Sequence record: MW679410.1
Strand: one strand, 5' to 3'
Origin: Escherichia phage C6
Length of the DNA: 64,000 nt
In this document: in pieces, positions 18,073-29,634 of the stretch
Numbering within the stretch: position 1 is the first letter of the stretch
Layout: the number at the start of each line of letters is the position of its first letter
Notes under the pieces: model-generated
Told to the model about the DNA's origin: nothing
The model's input: the letters and a program-made list of their open reading frames with translations, nothing else
The model's database searches: none
Translations under genes and position numbers: made by a program

Positions 18073-21000
18073 ATGTCTGTGCAAGCGCCTTCCGTTACTA
18101 GTTTGAGAATTGATAAACTCTCGGCTAACCATGTAAGTATTCTTTGGGATGACGTAGGCGCCAATTTCTATTATTTCGTAGAACTGGCCCAAACCAAGGA
18201 TGCGGGTGAATCTATACCCGATGATAAGTTATTTTGGAGAAATTTAGGTTACACCCCGAACAATAACTGGTTCGAAGAAAGATTTATTTCTCCTAATTCG
18301 TTTTATAAAATGCGTGTCGCTGTAGCTGCTCAAGGATTTGAACAATCCGACTGGGTTTATACAGAAGAATTCGAGACATTTTCTACTAACGCATATACCT
18401 TCGAGCATATGCGTGAATTCACTTTATCCAATAAATTCATTGAAGAAAAATTTACCAAAAATAACCAGAGTTACGTGGATTTTAATAGTGATGCCATTAT
18501 GGCTTCTATGATGACCGAAGATTTTACTTGGACTCCGGCATATTCACACCTTTCTTCAATTTCCAATTATGTATTAAAAGCCGACCGCTTCCACGAGATT
18601 CAAGGAAGTATCCAAGCTGTTTGTAAAGACCCTAATCGTTCTATTTTAATGGAGCTTGGTGGCGTACTTTACCTTTTAGAAAGATTCCAGAACACTGCTA
18701 AGGTATCTAACGATAAGGCCCAGAACTGGCATTATATCCGTTTGTTTAATGATAGAGTAGGTAATCCGGTTTCACGTACGGCTCATTATCAAACAGACAC
18801 GACAACTTATGTTCTAGGTTATGACCGTATATTTTACGGACGTAAATCAAGTGATATTCGTTGGTCTGCTGATGATGTACGATTTAGCTCACAAGACGTG
18901 ACATTTGCCAAAATTGGTAGTGATATCGACCTGGACTTTGAAATCGAAATTTTCGGTTCTTATGCTCGTTTACCATTAGCTATTTCTACTATCGCAGAAG
19001 CTATGTGCGCTTCGGATGATTTTATTTACGTTGCTGCTCGTGACAGAGTTTATAAAGCAAAAACTACTGATGCCCCTATTGATACCGACCCGGGTTCTCC
19101 TACTTATGGTGAAAAAATATTTGAAAGCGGATATTCGACAATAACCGGTAATCCTAAAGCAGTTTGTTATAAATTGGATTCTATCCAAGGAAATACCTTT
19201 GCCTTAATTACGGGTGAAGTTAAAGAAGAAAGAATGGACCCTACTAAAGAAGAAAACGTGGTTGATTCCGAATCTAAAGGTGTTTATTGGTTGGATGTCG
19301 AAACTGATACATGGACCCGAGTATTTGGTAATACTGAAGAAGAGAGACGTCGTATTGAGCATGGTTATACTAGCATGTCTACCGATGGCGAAGAAATATT
19401 CTTTAGCTCAAGTAACTTCAAATATGAAGTAGAAGTTGATAACGAATTACCTTTGGAATACCCTATTATGGCTTCAGCGGTAAAATACGTTAAGGACGAA
19501 CAGTGGATTCACGATAAACATTATCTGATGATGAGCTTTAGAGCTAACAGTAAGTCAGATTTTAAAGAATTCAAACCTGGTCGAATGGCCTATTATGCTG
19601 AACCATTCTTTAGTTGGTCTAGACGTGACGGGACCCGTTCTTGGATTACCACAAGTAATCATGCAATGGTTGTTTATAATGATGCCTTGTATCAGAAAAT
19701 TATTGATTTAAACAGTGGTTCTTCTCCTGAACGTATTATTCGTGAAATTTGGGATAAAGGCTTTTGTACCGTAACATGTCCTAACATCGAATTCAATGGG
19801 TTTAAAAAATACTCTTCAGGTATAATGATTCACAAATCATCGGGTGAATTGGTTGGATATTTCGAGTTCGACTACCGAGTTCGAGATGAAGTTAGAATAA
19901 TCTGGAAGCCTAAAGAAATAATGTTTACGGCTGAACTTCAAAACCAAGAGCATGAAATTCCATGGACCCCTAAAGAGGAAACCGGCGAACAAGACCCAGA
20001 TTTGCGTCCTTTATTGGTTAAAATGGTTCCTGATAGTTATTTGCTTCAAGATTCTAACTTTGAAAAATTCTGCGAATATTACCTCCAGTTTATTAGTGAT
20101 GGCTCCGGCACTCATTATAATAATCTATTAAATCTTATTCGTAACCAATACCCTAGAGAAGAAGATGCGTGGGAATACTTATGGTCTGAAATCTATAAAC
20201 GCAATATCTATTTGTCTAAAGAAAAACGCGACGAAGTAGTTCGTTTCTTCCAAGCAAGACAATCGGATTTCTGGTCTACAAAAGGTACCGAAGCTTCATA
20301 TAAATTCCTGTTTAAATTGCTTTATAACGAAGATGTTGAAATTGACATCGAGTCCAAGAACTCGATTGAATATGATATCATCGTAGAATCCGACAATATC
20401 AGTGAAGATATCGTAGGCCAAACGATTTATACCCCTACAGGAAGAAGTAATGTTACTTATATAGAACGAAATTACAAAGATGGTAAATTGCAATGGCGTT
20501 TAACCATTCACAATCTTTTAGGCCGTTTTATAGTTGGACAAGAGATTAAATCTGAACGCACCTCATTTAAAGGTATGATAGTGCAGGGTGTACGCGGTAA
20601 AGAATTGTTAAGTAACAATATCGATTATATTAACCGTAACCGTTCTTATTATGTTATGACTATTAAATCCAACCTCCCTACTTCTCGATACCGTAATGAC
20701 GTGTTGAGATTTGTCCACCCTGTAGGATTTGGTTTTATAGGTATTACGTTGCTTTCTATGTTTGTTAATGTTGGTTTGACATTAAAGCACACGGAAACCA
20801 TTATTAATATACTTAAGAACTATAAGTGGGACTCAGGTCTTCCGTCCGAGTGGTACGATAGAGTTGCTGTAATCGGATTTGATGGTAATATAGAAAGAGA
20901 CCCTAGAACAGGACTTCCGGTTTATAACGTTGGACCTAAAGCAGGCGAGCCGTTCCCTATTCCTGTTGATTATGATGCAGAAAATGATTTCTCTGTATTC

Positions 21001-21165
21001 CAAGGTCAATTACCTCATGAACGTATTAAAAAGCATAGTCCTTTATTTGACCAAAGTGCAGTAACATTTTCAAAATGGCGTGCTTTAGTTGATGACAGAC
21101 TTAAAGCTGATATTGGAAACCCTAGAGACCCGCAAGACCCAACTCAGGTAAAAATTGATGATTAA
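18073..21165 (+). CDS. 7: gp7 baseplate wedge protein
   Basis: 1030 aa; synteny. Confidence 0.95.
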   Translation: MSVQAPSVTSLRIDKLSANHVSILWDDVGANFYYFVELAQTKDAGESIPDDKLFWRNLGYTPNNNWFEERFISPNSFYKMRVAVAAQGFEQSDWVYTEEFETFSTNAYTFEHMREFTLSNKFIEEKFTKNNQSYVDFNSDAIMASMMTEDFTWTPAYSHLSSISNYVLKADRFHEIQGSIQAVCKDPNRSILMELGGVLYLLERFQNTAKVSNDKAQNWHYIRLFNDRVGNPVSRTAHYQTDTTTYVLGYDRIFYGRKSSDIRWSADDVRFSSQDVTFAKIGSDIDLDFEIEIFGSYARLPLAISTIAEAMCASDDFIYVAARDRVYKAKTTDAPIDTDPGSPTYGEKIFESGYSTITGNPKAVCYKLDSIQGNTFALITGEVKEERMDPTKEENVVDSESKGVYWLDVETDTWTRVFGNTEEERRRIEHGYTSMSTDGEEIFFSSSNFKYEVEVDNELPLEYPIMASAVKYVKDEQWIHDKHYLMMSFRANSKSDFKEFKPGRMAYYAEPFFSWSRRDGTRSWITTSNHAMVVYNDALYQKIIDLNSGSSPERIIREIWDKGFCTVTCPNIEFNGFKKYSSGIMIHKSSGELVGYFEFDYRVRDEVRIIWKPKEIMFTAELQNQEHEIPWTPKEETGEQDPDLRPLLVKMVPDSYLLQDSNFEKFCEYYLQFISDGSGTHYNNLLNLIRNQYPREEDAWEYLWSEIYKRNIYLSKEKRDEVVRFFQARQSDFWSTKGTEASYKFLFKLLYNEDVEIDIESKNSIEYDIIVESDNISEDIVGQTIYTPTGRSNVTYIERNYKDGKLQWRLTIHNLLGRFIVGQEIKSERTSFKGMIVQGVRGKELLSNNIDYINRNRSYYVMTIKSNLPTSRYRNDVLRFVHPVGFGFIGITLLSMFVNVGLTLKHTETIINILKNYKWDSGLPSEWYDRVAVIGFDGNIERDPRTGLPVYNVGPKAGEPFPIPVDYDAENDFSVFQGQLPHERIKKHSPLFDQSAVTFSKWRALVDDRLKADIGNPRDPQDPTQVKIDD

Positions 21166-22162
21166 TTCAACAGTAATATACCGTTCTATTGTTACTTCTA
21201 AATTTAGAACGGAAAAGATGTATAACTTTTACAGAACAATCGGTGATGGTGAAGACCAGAACACGATGTATGTATCTTTCGGGAGAGCCCAACCATGGGC
21301 TCCTAACGAAAACGACCCAGGCTTTGCACCACCTTATCCTGTAGATGATTCTGAGGGCGTAGAAGACGTCTGGACAAACATGATGGGTTGTGTTAAGGTT
21401 TATAAGAGTATGTTGGATTGTGTTGTTCCTCGCAAAGACTGGGGCGATACCTCTTATCCTAACCCTTTCACTTTCCAAATCGGTGAAATTGTAGTGGCTA
21501 ACAGCCAACCTCAAAACCGTACTGATGTTGGTGCAGGTTGGATGGTTTATCGTTGTGTAGACGTGCCTGAATCAGGAGCATGTTCTATTTTATCTCTTGA
21601 TAACAAAACCGAGTGTATTAAACTTGGCGGTAAATGGACTGCTAACGTTCCTTCAGTTAAAGCTCCAGCAGGACAAGGCGATACGGAAGGTATGGTAGAC
21701 ACTGGTGATGGTTATCTTTGGGAATACCTTTATGAGATTCCACCTGATGTAAGTATCAACCGTTGCACTAATGAATATATTGTGGTTCCATGGCCAGAAG
21801 AAATTGCTGAAGACCCTGAACGTTGGGGATACGAGAATAACCTTACTTGGCAGCAAGATGATTATGGTTTAATTTATCGTATTAAAGGCAATACTATTCG
21901 TTTTAAAGCATTCTTGGATTCAGTTTACTTCCCTGAATTTAGTCTGCCTGGTAACAAAGGGTTTAGACAGCTTTCGATAATTTCTAACCCGTTAGAAGCT
22001 AAAGCTCACCCATCCGATCCGATCATTAAAGCTGAAAAAGAGTACTATGATGTTATAGACCTCTCCCGCCATTCAGGTGAAATGATTTATATGGAAAACC
22101 GTCCTCCGGTTATTCGTTCCATGGACCAAACAGAAGAAATTAACATTATCTTCGAATTCTAA
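21158..22162 (+). CDS. 8: gp8 baseplate wedge protein
   Basis: ORF track start is TTG; ATG at 21158; strong similarity to recalled T4 gp8. Confidence 0.95.
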   Translation: MINSTVIYRSIVTSKFRTEKMYNFYRTIGDGEDQNTMYVSFGRAQPWAPNENDPGFAPPYPVDDSEGVEDVWTNMMGCVKVYKSMLDCVVPRKDWGDTSYPNPFTFQIGEIVVANSQPQNRTDVGAGWMVYRCVDVPESGACSILSLDNKTECIKLGGKWTANVPSVKAPAGQGDTEGMVDTGDGYLWEYLYEIPPDVSINRCTNEYIVVPWPEEIAEDPERWGYENNLTWQQDDYGLIYRIKGNTIRFKAFLDSVYFPEFSLPGNKGFRQLSIISNPLEAKAHPSDPIIKAEKEYYDVIDLSRHSGEMIYMENRPPVIRSMDQTEEINIIFEF

Positions 22163-22165
22163 TAA

Positions 22166-22183
22166 GGGCCGCAAGGCCCTTTC
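22166..22183 (+). terminator. hairpin GGGCCGCAAGGCCC (GNRA loop) + T-rich tract
   Basis: Read directly after gp8 stop. Confidence 0.5.
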
Positions 22184-22188
22184 GGGGG

Positions 22189-22196
22189 TATAAATA
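22189..22196 (+). promoter_or_regulatory. late promoter TATAAATA for gene 9
   Basis: Exact box 27 nt upstream of ATG 22223. Confidence 0.65.
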
Positions 22197-22222
22197 CATT
22201 ATATCAATAATGAGGCATACCT

Positions 22223-23083
22223 ATGATTAAGCAAACTGGTAAGTTACTAATTGACGTCGGTGAGATTGGTAATGCCAGCACCGGCGACATCTTATATGAC
22301 GGTGGTGTTAAACTGAACACCGACTTAAACAACATCTATAATACTTTTGGCGACCAACGTAAAACAGCCCTTACAGGCGAAACTACCGGTCAAAAATTAC
22401 ATGCCACTGGATACTATCAAAAATTCGGTGATACTGACCAAGCAGGTTCTGTTGATTTAGGCTCTTTGGTGGATGTCGATGCTTCTACGGGTTCTATAGT
22501 TTTAACAACTGTAAAAGGAGCTGTGGGCGAAGGTATTGAAATAATTAACTCTAATGGAAGTATTTCAGCTACCAACTATCTTGAAATCCGTATATTGGAT
22601 TCGTTTTTGAACCATCCTACATCAAGCTTAAGAATAGTAACTCCTTATACTCGAATTCTTTTATGGTGTGTAAGTGATATAAATGGTATAGCTGTATGGG
22701 ATTATTCTATTGAGAGTATGTTTGGTGACAAACGAGTACCATTAAATAGAACATATAACATTTCTAACGTACCTAGAGATATCCCAGTGGTTTTTTCAGG
22801 TCAATATTCTTTAGTTAAGCTTTTAGTTACGGCAGTAAATGCCAATGAAACCATTTATAAAGCTTCTGAATATCTTTTGTTTATGGATAACCAAGCTAAA
22901 AAAATATATTCTACGGAATACGCTGTTATCCGTCGTGGACAAGCCACTGATGAAGACGAAATTTACAATCTCGATTTTAAATTTGATACATCCAACTATA
23001 TAGTGGCTACGGCATCATCTGAAATCCCTATGAGATTGGCAATTAAAGTCGTAGATACCCAAACTATTGGAGTCCCAGTATAA
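22223..23083 (+). CDS. 9: gp9 baseplate wedge, long tail fibre attachment
   Basis: Similarity to recalled T4 gp9; synteny. Confidence 0.95.
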   Translation: MIKQTGKLLIDVGEIGNASTGDILYDGGVKLNTDLNNIYNTFGDQRKTALTGETTGQKLHATGYYQKFGDTDQAGSVDLGSLVDVDASTGSIVLTTVKGAVGEGIEIINSNGSISATNYLEIRILDSFLNHPTSSLRIVTPYTRILLWCVSDINGIAVWDYSIESMFGDKRVPLNRTYNISNVPRDIPVVFSGQYSLVKLLVTAVNANETIYKASEYLLFMDNQAKKIYSTEYAVIRRGQATDEDEIYNLDFKFDTSNYIVATASSEIPMRLAIKVVDTQTIGVPV

Positions 23084-24894
23084 TGAAACAAGAATTAAAA
23101 ATCGGCCAGGCCGTTGACGATGGCTCCGGAGATTACCTGCGCGCAGGTGGTCTAAAAATCAATAATAACTTTAATGAGTTATATTATCAATTAGGTGATG
23201 GAGATAATCCACACGCTGCTGGTGCCTGGAAACAATATTCTACTGCAGACGGTCCTTTACTTAATGCCGTTATGGGTCATAGCTATACATTGAATACTCA
23301 AGGTGGAAGGATTAACGTTCAACTTCCTAAAGGCACCCCATCAGAATATAACTTTGTAATTCGTTTACGTGACGTTTATTCCTCTTGGCAAGCTAACCCT
23401 GTGACTATTATACCGGCCCCAGGCGATACAATTAAAGGTTCCGCTGTACAGGTTGAAATAGCTCGTAATTTTGCTGACCTTGAACTTGTTTACTGTGCCC
23501 CAGGACGTTGGGAATATGTTGAGAACAAGCAAGTTAACCGTATTCCAAATAACGACCTCGCTACTGTAGCAACTAAACAGTTTATTGCCACTGAAGGCCA
23601 GACCGATTTCTTGGATATTTTCCCAGGTCTAACCTATAATATTTCAAGTCTTAGCGTTATCCAACGTGGTAACAACTTGTTCTACGGTGTGGATGATGTA
23701 TTTGATGAAGCTACTTCTGAGTTTGGTAGCCCAGGCGCAAACCCGGGTGAATTAGTTGAATTGAACGGTAAAGATATCCGTTTGAAATATCCTTGTGAAG
23801 CTGGCGATACGGTAATTATTAAATCATATAACGATGGATTGGCCCAATGGCGTAGTTCTTATAATCGTCGCGATATTACTATTTTAGATAGAACCCTGAC
23901 CCATGAAACCACAGTTAATGGTTCTAAAGTAGTATTAGACCTTTCTACTATACAGACTATTACATCGGCAGAATTAAACGTTTCTCCTACAAGCCCTATT
24001 AACCCTAATGCTTGTCAGGTAATGCTTAACAGTACTTTATTGCATCAAGCTGGTACTGCAGGGTTCCCTGCTTTCTATTGTGAAGGTGTTGATACAGATG
24101 ATGCAGGCCTTTGTGCAGATTCAGGTGGTGTATGGACCCAATCTAAATCTGATTATATTTTGAATATAGCAGATGATGACAAAATAGAGTCATTTGAATT
24201 TGGACGTAAACTGGAACATGGCGATATCCTTACTGTGATTTGGTATAATAACGATATCGGTACCACTATGACTATTGATGAGATTTTAGATACCACAAAC
24301 GATATCTATATTTCTCAAGGTCCTTCGGTATCTTTGACTGGCCAGGTTCGTATTACTGATGTGGATAATCCATTTTCTCCTAACTTTGAACCTGTAGCAG
24401 AATCTGAAGTTTCTATTAATACGGCAGCAGTGATGTTTGATTTGTTCCACCCTATTGGAACGATTTATGAGAACACCGTGAACCCTAATAACCCTGCAAC
24501 TTATATGGGTATGGGTAGCTGGAAACGTCTGTCTGATAGTTTCCTTGTAGGTTGGTCTCCGGATGCTGACTCGTTGTTCAATGCGAACAATAATGATTTA
24601 GACTCTGGTGGTGTTCCTAAATCTACTGCAGGCGGTACAGGTGGTTCTCATAATATTTCCATTAAATATGAAAACGTTCCTGAACTTAATACAGACGACA
24701 ATGTATTAGTTGCTGATGATAATGGCCCTATTGTTATTGGTGGTTGTTTGGTAGACCCGGATGCCCAAGGCCCGGCTTATACAAAATATCGTGAAGATAA
24801 AGCTACGATAAACAAACAGCAATCTACATCGCCTATTCCTATTGATACTTTGCCTCCATATACAACCGTTTATCGCTGGGTGAGGATTGCGTAA
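23083..24894 (+). CDS. 10: gp10 baseplate wedge protein
   Basis: Size and synteny. Confidence 0.95.
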   Translation: MKQELKIGQAVDDGSGDYLRAGGLKINNNFNELYYQLGDGDNPHAAGAWKQYSTADGPLLNAVMGHSYTLNTQGGRINVQLPKGTPSEYNFVIRLRDVYSSWQANPVTIIPAPGDTIKGSAVQVEIARNFADLELVYCAPGRWEYVENKQVNRIPNNDLATVATKQFIATEGQTDFLDIFPGLTYNISSLSVIQRGNNLFYGVDDVFDEATSEFGSPGANPGELVELNGKDIRLKYPCEAGDTVIIKSYNDGLAQWRSSYNRRDITILDRTLTHETTVNGSKVVLDLSTIQTITSAELNVSPTSPINPNACQVMLNSTLLHQAGTAGFPAFYCEGVDTDDAGLCADSGGVWTQSKSDYILNIADDDKIESFEFGRKLEHGDILTVIWYNNDIGTTMTIDEILDTTNDIYISQGPSVSLTGQVRITDVDNPFSPNFEPVAESEVSINTAAVMFDLFHPIGTIYENTVNPNNPATYMGMGSWKRLSDSFLVGWSPDADSLFNANNNDLDSGGVPKSTAGGTGGSHNISIKYENVPELNTDDNVLVADDNGPIVIGGCLVDPDAQGPAYTKYREDKATINKQQSTSPIPIDTLPPYTTVYRWVRIA

Positions 24895-25559
24895 TGACTT
24901 TAACAGAAATGAAAAGCGGGTTAAAATCCCGCCTTGCCGACTTTTTAGAATTTTCTTTTACAACTAATCAACCTGCCGCAGTGGCAGGTCAACGCCCTAT
25001 TGGTGGTCCATCGGCAAACCAAACCCAAAAAGGCGTTTATTATCCTACAGTCCAAAGTGCTATTGATGATATTGCTTTCCGTGCAGAACTTCCCGTTAAT
25101 GCAGTGATAACTACTACTGAAAACAGGGCACCTGGCTTTATTCAACAATCAGATAAATTAACTTTCTCTGGCTCCATTTCTTCTGGTGGCGAATTAGGCG
25201 ATACGGTTATTATTAAGGTATTCGGTTTGCCTGTTGAAGTTATTGTAGGTGATTCTTCGGTCCTGGTTGCTTCTAAAGTTAACGATGCTTTTATAAGCGC
25301 TATTGCCGATAGTTATATTTTGGCAGAAACGTCTATCGACCCTCTAGACCAGTCTACTTTAAACATTAAATATAATGACTACCAAAACCATATTTTTGAG
25401 CCATTTAAACAAGCAGGATGCACCATTTCTCAGACTATAGTTCAAGAGCCTCGTGCAGGTTATGGATACTGGGAATATTTAGGTTCTACTACAGAATCTA
25501 TGACAGGTGGAACCGTAAATGGAACAACAACCTTATATCACTATAAGCGAGTAAGTTAA
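24894..25559 (+). CDS. 11: gp11 baseplate wedge, short tail fibre attachment
   Basis: Size and synteny. Confidence 0.95.
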   Translation: MTLTEMKSGLKSRLADFLEFSFTTNQPAAVAGQRPIGGPSANQTQKGVYYPTVQSAIDDIAFRAELPVNAVITTTENRAPGFIQQSDKLTFSGSISSGGELGDTVIIKVFGLPVEVIVGDSSVLVASKVNDAFISAIADSYILAETSIDPLDQSTLNIKYNDYQNHIFEPFKQAGCTISQTIVQEPRAGYGYWEYLGSTTESMTGGTVNGTTTLYHYKRVS

Positions 25560-27091
25560 TGTCTACAAATACACTAAAACACATAAGTGATAAATCAGAA
25601 TTTAAAACATTCGACCCTACCGGGTCGAATTTTGACCCCTCTATTACTAATGTCCAGGATGCATTGGCGTCTATTTCCGCTATAGGTGTTACAGGTAATA
25701 TACCTTCGGCTTCTGAAACAGAACAGGGTATTATTAGATTAGCGACCCAACAAGAAGTTATTGATGGCACTGATACTTTCTCTGCGGTAACTCCGGCCAC
25801 TTTAAAAGGCCGTTTAGATATTCCTACTCAAGCAACAGAAACTTATGTAGGTATCACCCGTTACGCCACTAATGCTGAAGCCATTGCTGGGACAGAAACC
25901 CAGGCTGCAATCGTAGCATCGTCTTTGAAAGCTACTATAGATTATACGTTCACCAATCGTTTAGCCACAGAGAACACTACAGGCGTACTCAAGATTTCAA
26001 CCCTGCCGGCTGCTCTAGCAGGTACAGACGATACAACGGCAATGACACCTCTGAAAACCGCTCAGGCAATTGGTGCCGCTACATCCGCATTACCGACTTA
26101 TGCCAGTGCTACTCAAACTACTGAGGGTATTGTTAGAATCGCAACAAATGCCGAAGTGGCAAGTGGGTCGTTAACTAATGGTGTGGCTATTTCTCCATCA
26201 GGGCTTATTTCTTTAACTTCTAATACTTCTCGACGTGGACTGGTTCAATTAGCCACTGGAGCTGAAGTTTCAGCCGGAACTGACCCTAATAAAGCTATTA
26301 CACCTCAAACACTTTTGTCAAGAACAGGTAATACCGGTAGAATAGGCCTTCTTAAAACCACAACTACCGTAGGTTCTGGTGATAGTAATACGGCATTGGC
26401 ATATAATGCTAACGTTATTTCTACCACAGGCGGCACCATTAATGGTACTTTAAACGTTAACGGTACTTTACGTCGCAATGGGCGTGATGTTGTTACTATC
26501 GACCAATTAAAAGATTCTGTCCCTATCGGTACTATTGTTATGTGGGGAGGCCAGATTAATAATATCCCTGCAGGTTGGGCTGTTTGTGATGGTGGTAACT
26601 CCGGTGAACAAGGATTCCGAAATGTAGTTGGTAGTAAATGGGGTTCAACCGGCGCTCGTCCTGATTTCCGTGGATTATATCCTCGCGGTGCAAACCAAAC
26701 TAATGACGGTGGATTAAAAGAATGGGACGCTAACGTCAGAATTAGAGATGCCAAAGGTAATGATGCCAAAGGTAAACCTAAATTAGGTGTAGGTTGTGGT
26801 TCATATGGCCATGGTACTGTACAAGCCCAGCAACTTCGTTTCCATAAACACGCCGGCGGCTTTGGTGAACATGACAATGCGGGTGCATTTGGTAATACCG
26901 TTCGTTCCAACTTTGCTGGTACTCGTAAAGGCCTGGACTGGGATAACCGTTCTTACTTTACAAACGAAGGATACGAAATTGACGGTTCAGGTTCACGAGA
27001 TTCAAGAACTACTCTAAACAGCGAAGGGTTGGTTGGTAACGAAAACCGTCCTTGGACTATGTCCATCCTATTCATTATTAAAGTTGCTTAA
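25559..27091 (+). CDS. 12: gp12 short tail fibre
   Basis: Size and synteny. Confidence 0.9.
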   Translation: MSTNTLKHISDKSEFKTFDPTGSNFDPSITNVQDALASISAIGVTGNIPSASETEQGIIRLATQQEVIDGTDTFSAVTPATLKGRLDIPTQATETYVGITRYATNAEAIAGTETQAAIVASSLKATIDYTFTNRLATENTTGVLKISTLPAALAGTDDTTAMTPLKTAQAIGAATSALPTYASATQTTEGIVRIATNAEVASGSLTNGVAISPSGLISLTSNTSRRGLVQLATGAEVSAGTDPNKAITPQTLLSRTGNTGRIGLLKTTTTVGSGDSNTALAYNANVISTTGGTINGTLNVNGTLRRNGRDVVTIDQLKDSVPIGTIVMWGGQINNIPAGWAVCDGGNSGEQGFRNVVGSKWGSTGARPDFRGLYPRGANQTNDGGLKEWDANVRIRDAKGNDAKGKPKLGVGCGSYGHGTVQAQQLRFHKHAGGFGEHDNAGAFGNTVRSNFAGTRKGLDWDNRSYFTNEGYEIDGSGSRDSRTTLNSEGLVGNENRPWTMSILFIIKVA

Positions 27092-27100
27092 GGAAATAAA

Positions 27101-28645
27101 ATGATTGACAAACTGAGTATTAAAGAACTTCCGTTTGTCGATGGTGTACCCGATGCATCCCAAGAGCGTATCCGTTGGATACGCAATGGAGAATGTATTG
27201 AAGGAGCCACGACTAAATACGGTCACGACGGTAATTTGAATGCCCCTGCTTTAGGAGTACAAACCAACGTAGTTAGATTAGAAGAAAACAGTATAGCTTC
27301 TAAAGACAAAATTAACGAGCTTGTGGATAACGTTAATTTGATTAATGAAGCCCTAGATATTTCTACTGATACGGGTGTTATTCAGCAAATTGAAAAGAAC
27401 CGAGTTGATATACTGGCTGTGGATGAAAAGGCTTCCGAAACTAAACAAGAATTGGGTGACTTAACCGTTAATTTTAATTTTTTAGAAGAAGATGTAGGTT
27501 ATTACGACCCGTCTTTAGATGGCCCATATCTCACCGTCAGAGAAAATATAAATCTTCTTAAATCTGAAATTGGTCATTATGCGAACCAGGATATAAACAG
27601 CCAACCGCTTCCTCCAGGTGAAACTTCTGAAGCCACCGGCATGAAACGTCGCATTATGGATAATACCAGTGCTATTGTCGACCATTCACAACGTATAGAT
27701 ACCCTTGAAAAGAATTACGAAGATTCTGATGTAGGGCAACTTGGGCTTAAGATTAACGAAATTCGTGAAGAACTCGGCCCTCATATCGATACCGTAGGTA
27801 AACAACCAGCGTATACCAGGATTTCTACTCTTGAAACTGCTGCTATAAGCTTTAACGAATCAATAGATTCTATCAAAACCAGTATAGGTTTTAATAAAGG
27901 CCCTATTGATACAAGAGTAACCACGCTGGAAACTAAAACTTCCACTTTAGAAAACACGGTTAATAACGGTTTGGTTCCTAGAGTTACTGCGGTGGAAACC
28001 GCTATCGGTGCGGCAGATACCCCTACTTCTATTAACGGTAGATTAGGTGGCTTACGTACCGATGTTAATGAACTAAAAACTATAGTAGGTGCTAGTTCAT
28101 CCGAAGGGCTTCGTTTCCAGGTTTCCGATATAGACCGTAAAATTGGTGCCGATGTAAGTCCGGCTGCGGGAACAATTAATAAACGTTTGAATGACCTTAC
28201 GACTCAAGGTAATACTTCAGCCTCAACTATTCAGGATTTACAGGCTGAAATTGGTAACAACCAAACGGGTATTAAAGGTTCTATTCTTAAAATTACCAAC
28301 CAAATTGAAGGAACAAACCCTAACGGTAGTACTGTAGAAGAACGAGGGTTAATAAATTCTGTTAAAGGCCTTGAAGCTCAAATGCCTACTAAATTGAGTG
28401 ATGCTCCTGCCGATGGTAAATTATACGGACGTAAAGATGCGGCTTGGGCTGAAATCCTTGGCACTACAGAAATTGATACAGTCAAAGCTTCTTTATTGGT
28501 GGCTGAAGGTAAAATCACTGCACTAGAAACTGAGTTGGCTAAACGCCCTCCTGTTGCTCCTGTGGCTGACGGACTTCCGTATGTTCTGGTTGATAACGCA
28601 TGGGTACTATTGTCAGATTTTGTGACTTTAAACCCAGCACCATAA
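27101..28645 (+). CDS. wac: fibritin (whisker antigen control), coiled coil with C-terminal foldon-like end
   Basis: Long coiled-coil sequence, C-terminal ...YVLVDNAWVLLSDFV; synteny after gene 12. Confidence 0.9.
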   Translation: MIDKLSIKELPFVDGVPDASQERIRWIRNGECIEGATTKYGHDGNLNAPALGVQTNVVRLEENSIASKDKINELVDNVNLINEALDISTDTGVIQQIEKNRVDILAVDEKASETKQELGDLTVNFNFLEEDVGYYDPSLDGPYLTVRENINLLKSEIGHYANQDINSQPLPPGETSEATGMKRRIMDNTSAIVDHSQRIDTLEKNYEDSDVGQLGLKINEIREELGPHIDTVGKQPAYTRISTLETAAISFNESIDSIKTSIGFNKGPIDTRVTTLETKTSTLENTVNNGLVPRVTAVETAIGAADTPTSINGRLGGLRTDVNELKTIVGASSSEGLRFQVSDIDRKIGADVSPAAGTINKRLNDLTTQGNTSASTIQDLQAEIGNNQTGIKGSILKITNQIEGTNPNGSTVEERGLINSVKGLEAQMPTKLSDAPADGKLYGRKDAAWAEILGTTEIDTVKASLLVAEGKITALETELAKRPPVAPVADGLPYVLVDNAWVLLSDFVTLNPAP

Positions 28646-28646
28646 T

Positions 28647-28668
28647 AAAAGGGCTTCGGCCCTTTTTT
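28647..28668 (+). terminator. hairpin GGGCUUCGGCCC + U6
   Basis: Read directly after wac stop. Confidence 0.6.
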
Positions 28669-28670
28669 GC

Positions 28671-28678
28671 TATAAATA
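28671..28678 (+). promoter_or_regulatory. late promoter TATAAATA for gene 13
   Basis: Exact box upstream of ATG 28700. Confidence 0.65.
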
Positions 28679-28699
28679 CGGTTATTAGAGGAATAAAAC

Positions 28700-29632
28700 A
28701 TGGCAAGCGAATCATTTAACCCTAAGCAACTCAAGGACGCTATCCTGCGCCGCCTGGGTGCGCCGATTACAAATATTGAAGTAACTACAGACCAAGTATA
28801 CGATTGCATCCAGCGAGCCCTAGAGCTCTACGGTGAGTATCATTATAACGGGTATAACAAAGGTTATCAGGCTTTTTATATCGGTCATGACGATGAAGAA
28901 AAATTCCGTAATGGGGTATTTGACCTTAAAGGCCGTAATATATTTGCAGTGACACAAATTTTGAGAACCAATGTAGGTTCTTTAACATCTATGGACGGGC
29001 AAGCAACTTATCCATGGTTTACTGATTTTGTATTAGGCCTAGCCGGAATTAATGGTGGGTTAGGGTCTTCGTGTAACAGTTTCGGACCTAATGCCTTCGG
29101 TGCTGACCTTGGTTATTTTACCCAACTAATGCAATATCGTTCTATGATGCAGGACCTTTTGGTTCCACTACCTGATTATTGGTATAATGATGCCACTGAA
29201 CAGTTGAAGGTAATGGGTAACTTTGTTAAAGGCGATTTTATTGTAATTGAAGTTTATACTCGCTCTTTTAATGGGGTTGATTCTATGGTAGGAAATACCG
29301 TAGGATACGGTTATGCTTCAGCTTGTGGTGAAGATGCATGGAGCCCGGGTGCTATTTGGGATAATCCAGCGCGTCGTATTTCTGGTATGCGTGTAGGTGA
29401 GGACCTTGGTCTTCAAGATGGTGCATATAATAACCGTTGGGTTAAAGATTATGCTACGGCATTGGTTAAAGAAGTCAATGGTAATATTTTGGCCAAACAC
29501 CAAGGCATGCAACTTGCAGGTGGAACCACCGTGGATGGTATTCGATTGATTGAAGAAGCTCGTTTAGAAAAAGAACGTCTTCGTGAAGAATTAGATTTGC
29601 TCGACCCACCAACACCTATTTTAATTGGATAA
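28700..29632 (+). CDS. 13: gp13 neck protein
   Basis: Size and synteny. Confidence 0.9.
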   Translation: MASESFNPKQLKDAILRRLGAPITNIEVTTDQVYDCIQRALELYGEYHYNGYNKGYQAFYIGHDDEEKFRNGVFDLKGRNIFAVTQILRTNVGSLTSMDGQATYPWFTDFVLGLAGINGGLGSSCNSFGPNAFGADLGYFTQLMQYRSMMQDLLVPLPDYWYNDATEQLKVMGNFVKGDFIVIEVYTRSFNGVDSMVGNTVGYGYASACGEDAWSPGAIWDNPARRISGMRVGEDLGLQDGAYNNRWVKDYATALVKEVNGNILAKHQGMQLAGGTTVDGIRLIEEARLEKERLREELDLLDPPTPILIG

Positions 29633-29634
29633 TT

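Noticed and set aside
21155-21157. ORF-track start codons for genes 8, 6, 15, 16, 19, 28, 51, 5.4 and several small genes
   Set aside because: Track uses TTG/GTG and the longest frame; starts were moved to the in-frame ATG with a Shine-Dalgarno sequence, which also matches expected protein lengths.
26305-26910. 201-aa minus-strand ORF inside gene 12
   Set aside because: Pro/Leu/Ser-rich antisense translation of a conserved structural gene; no start context.
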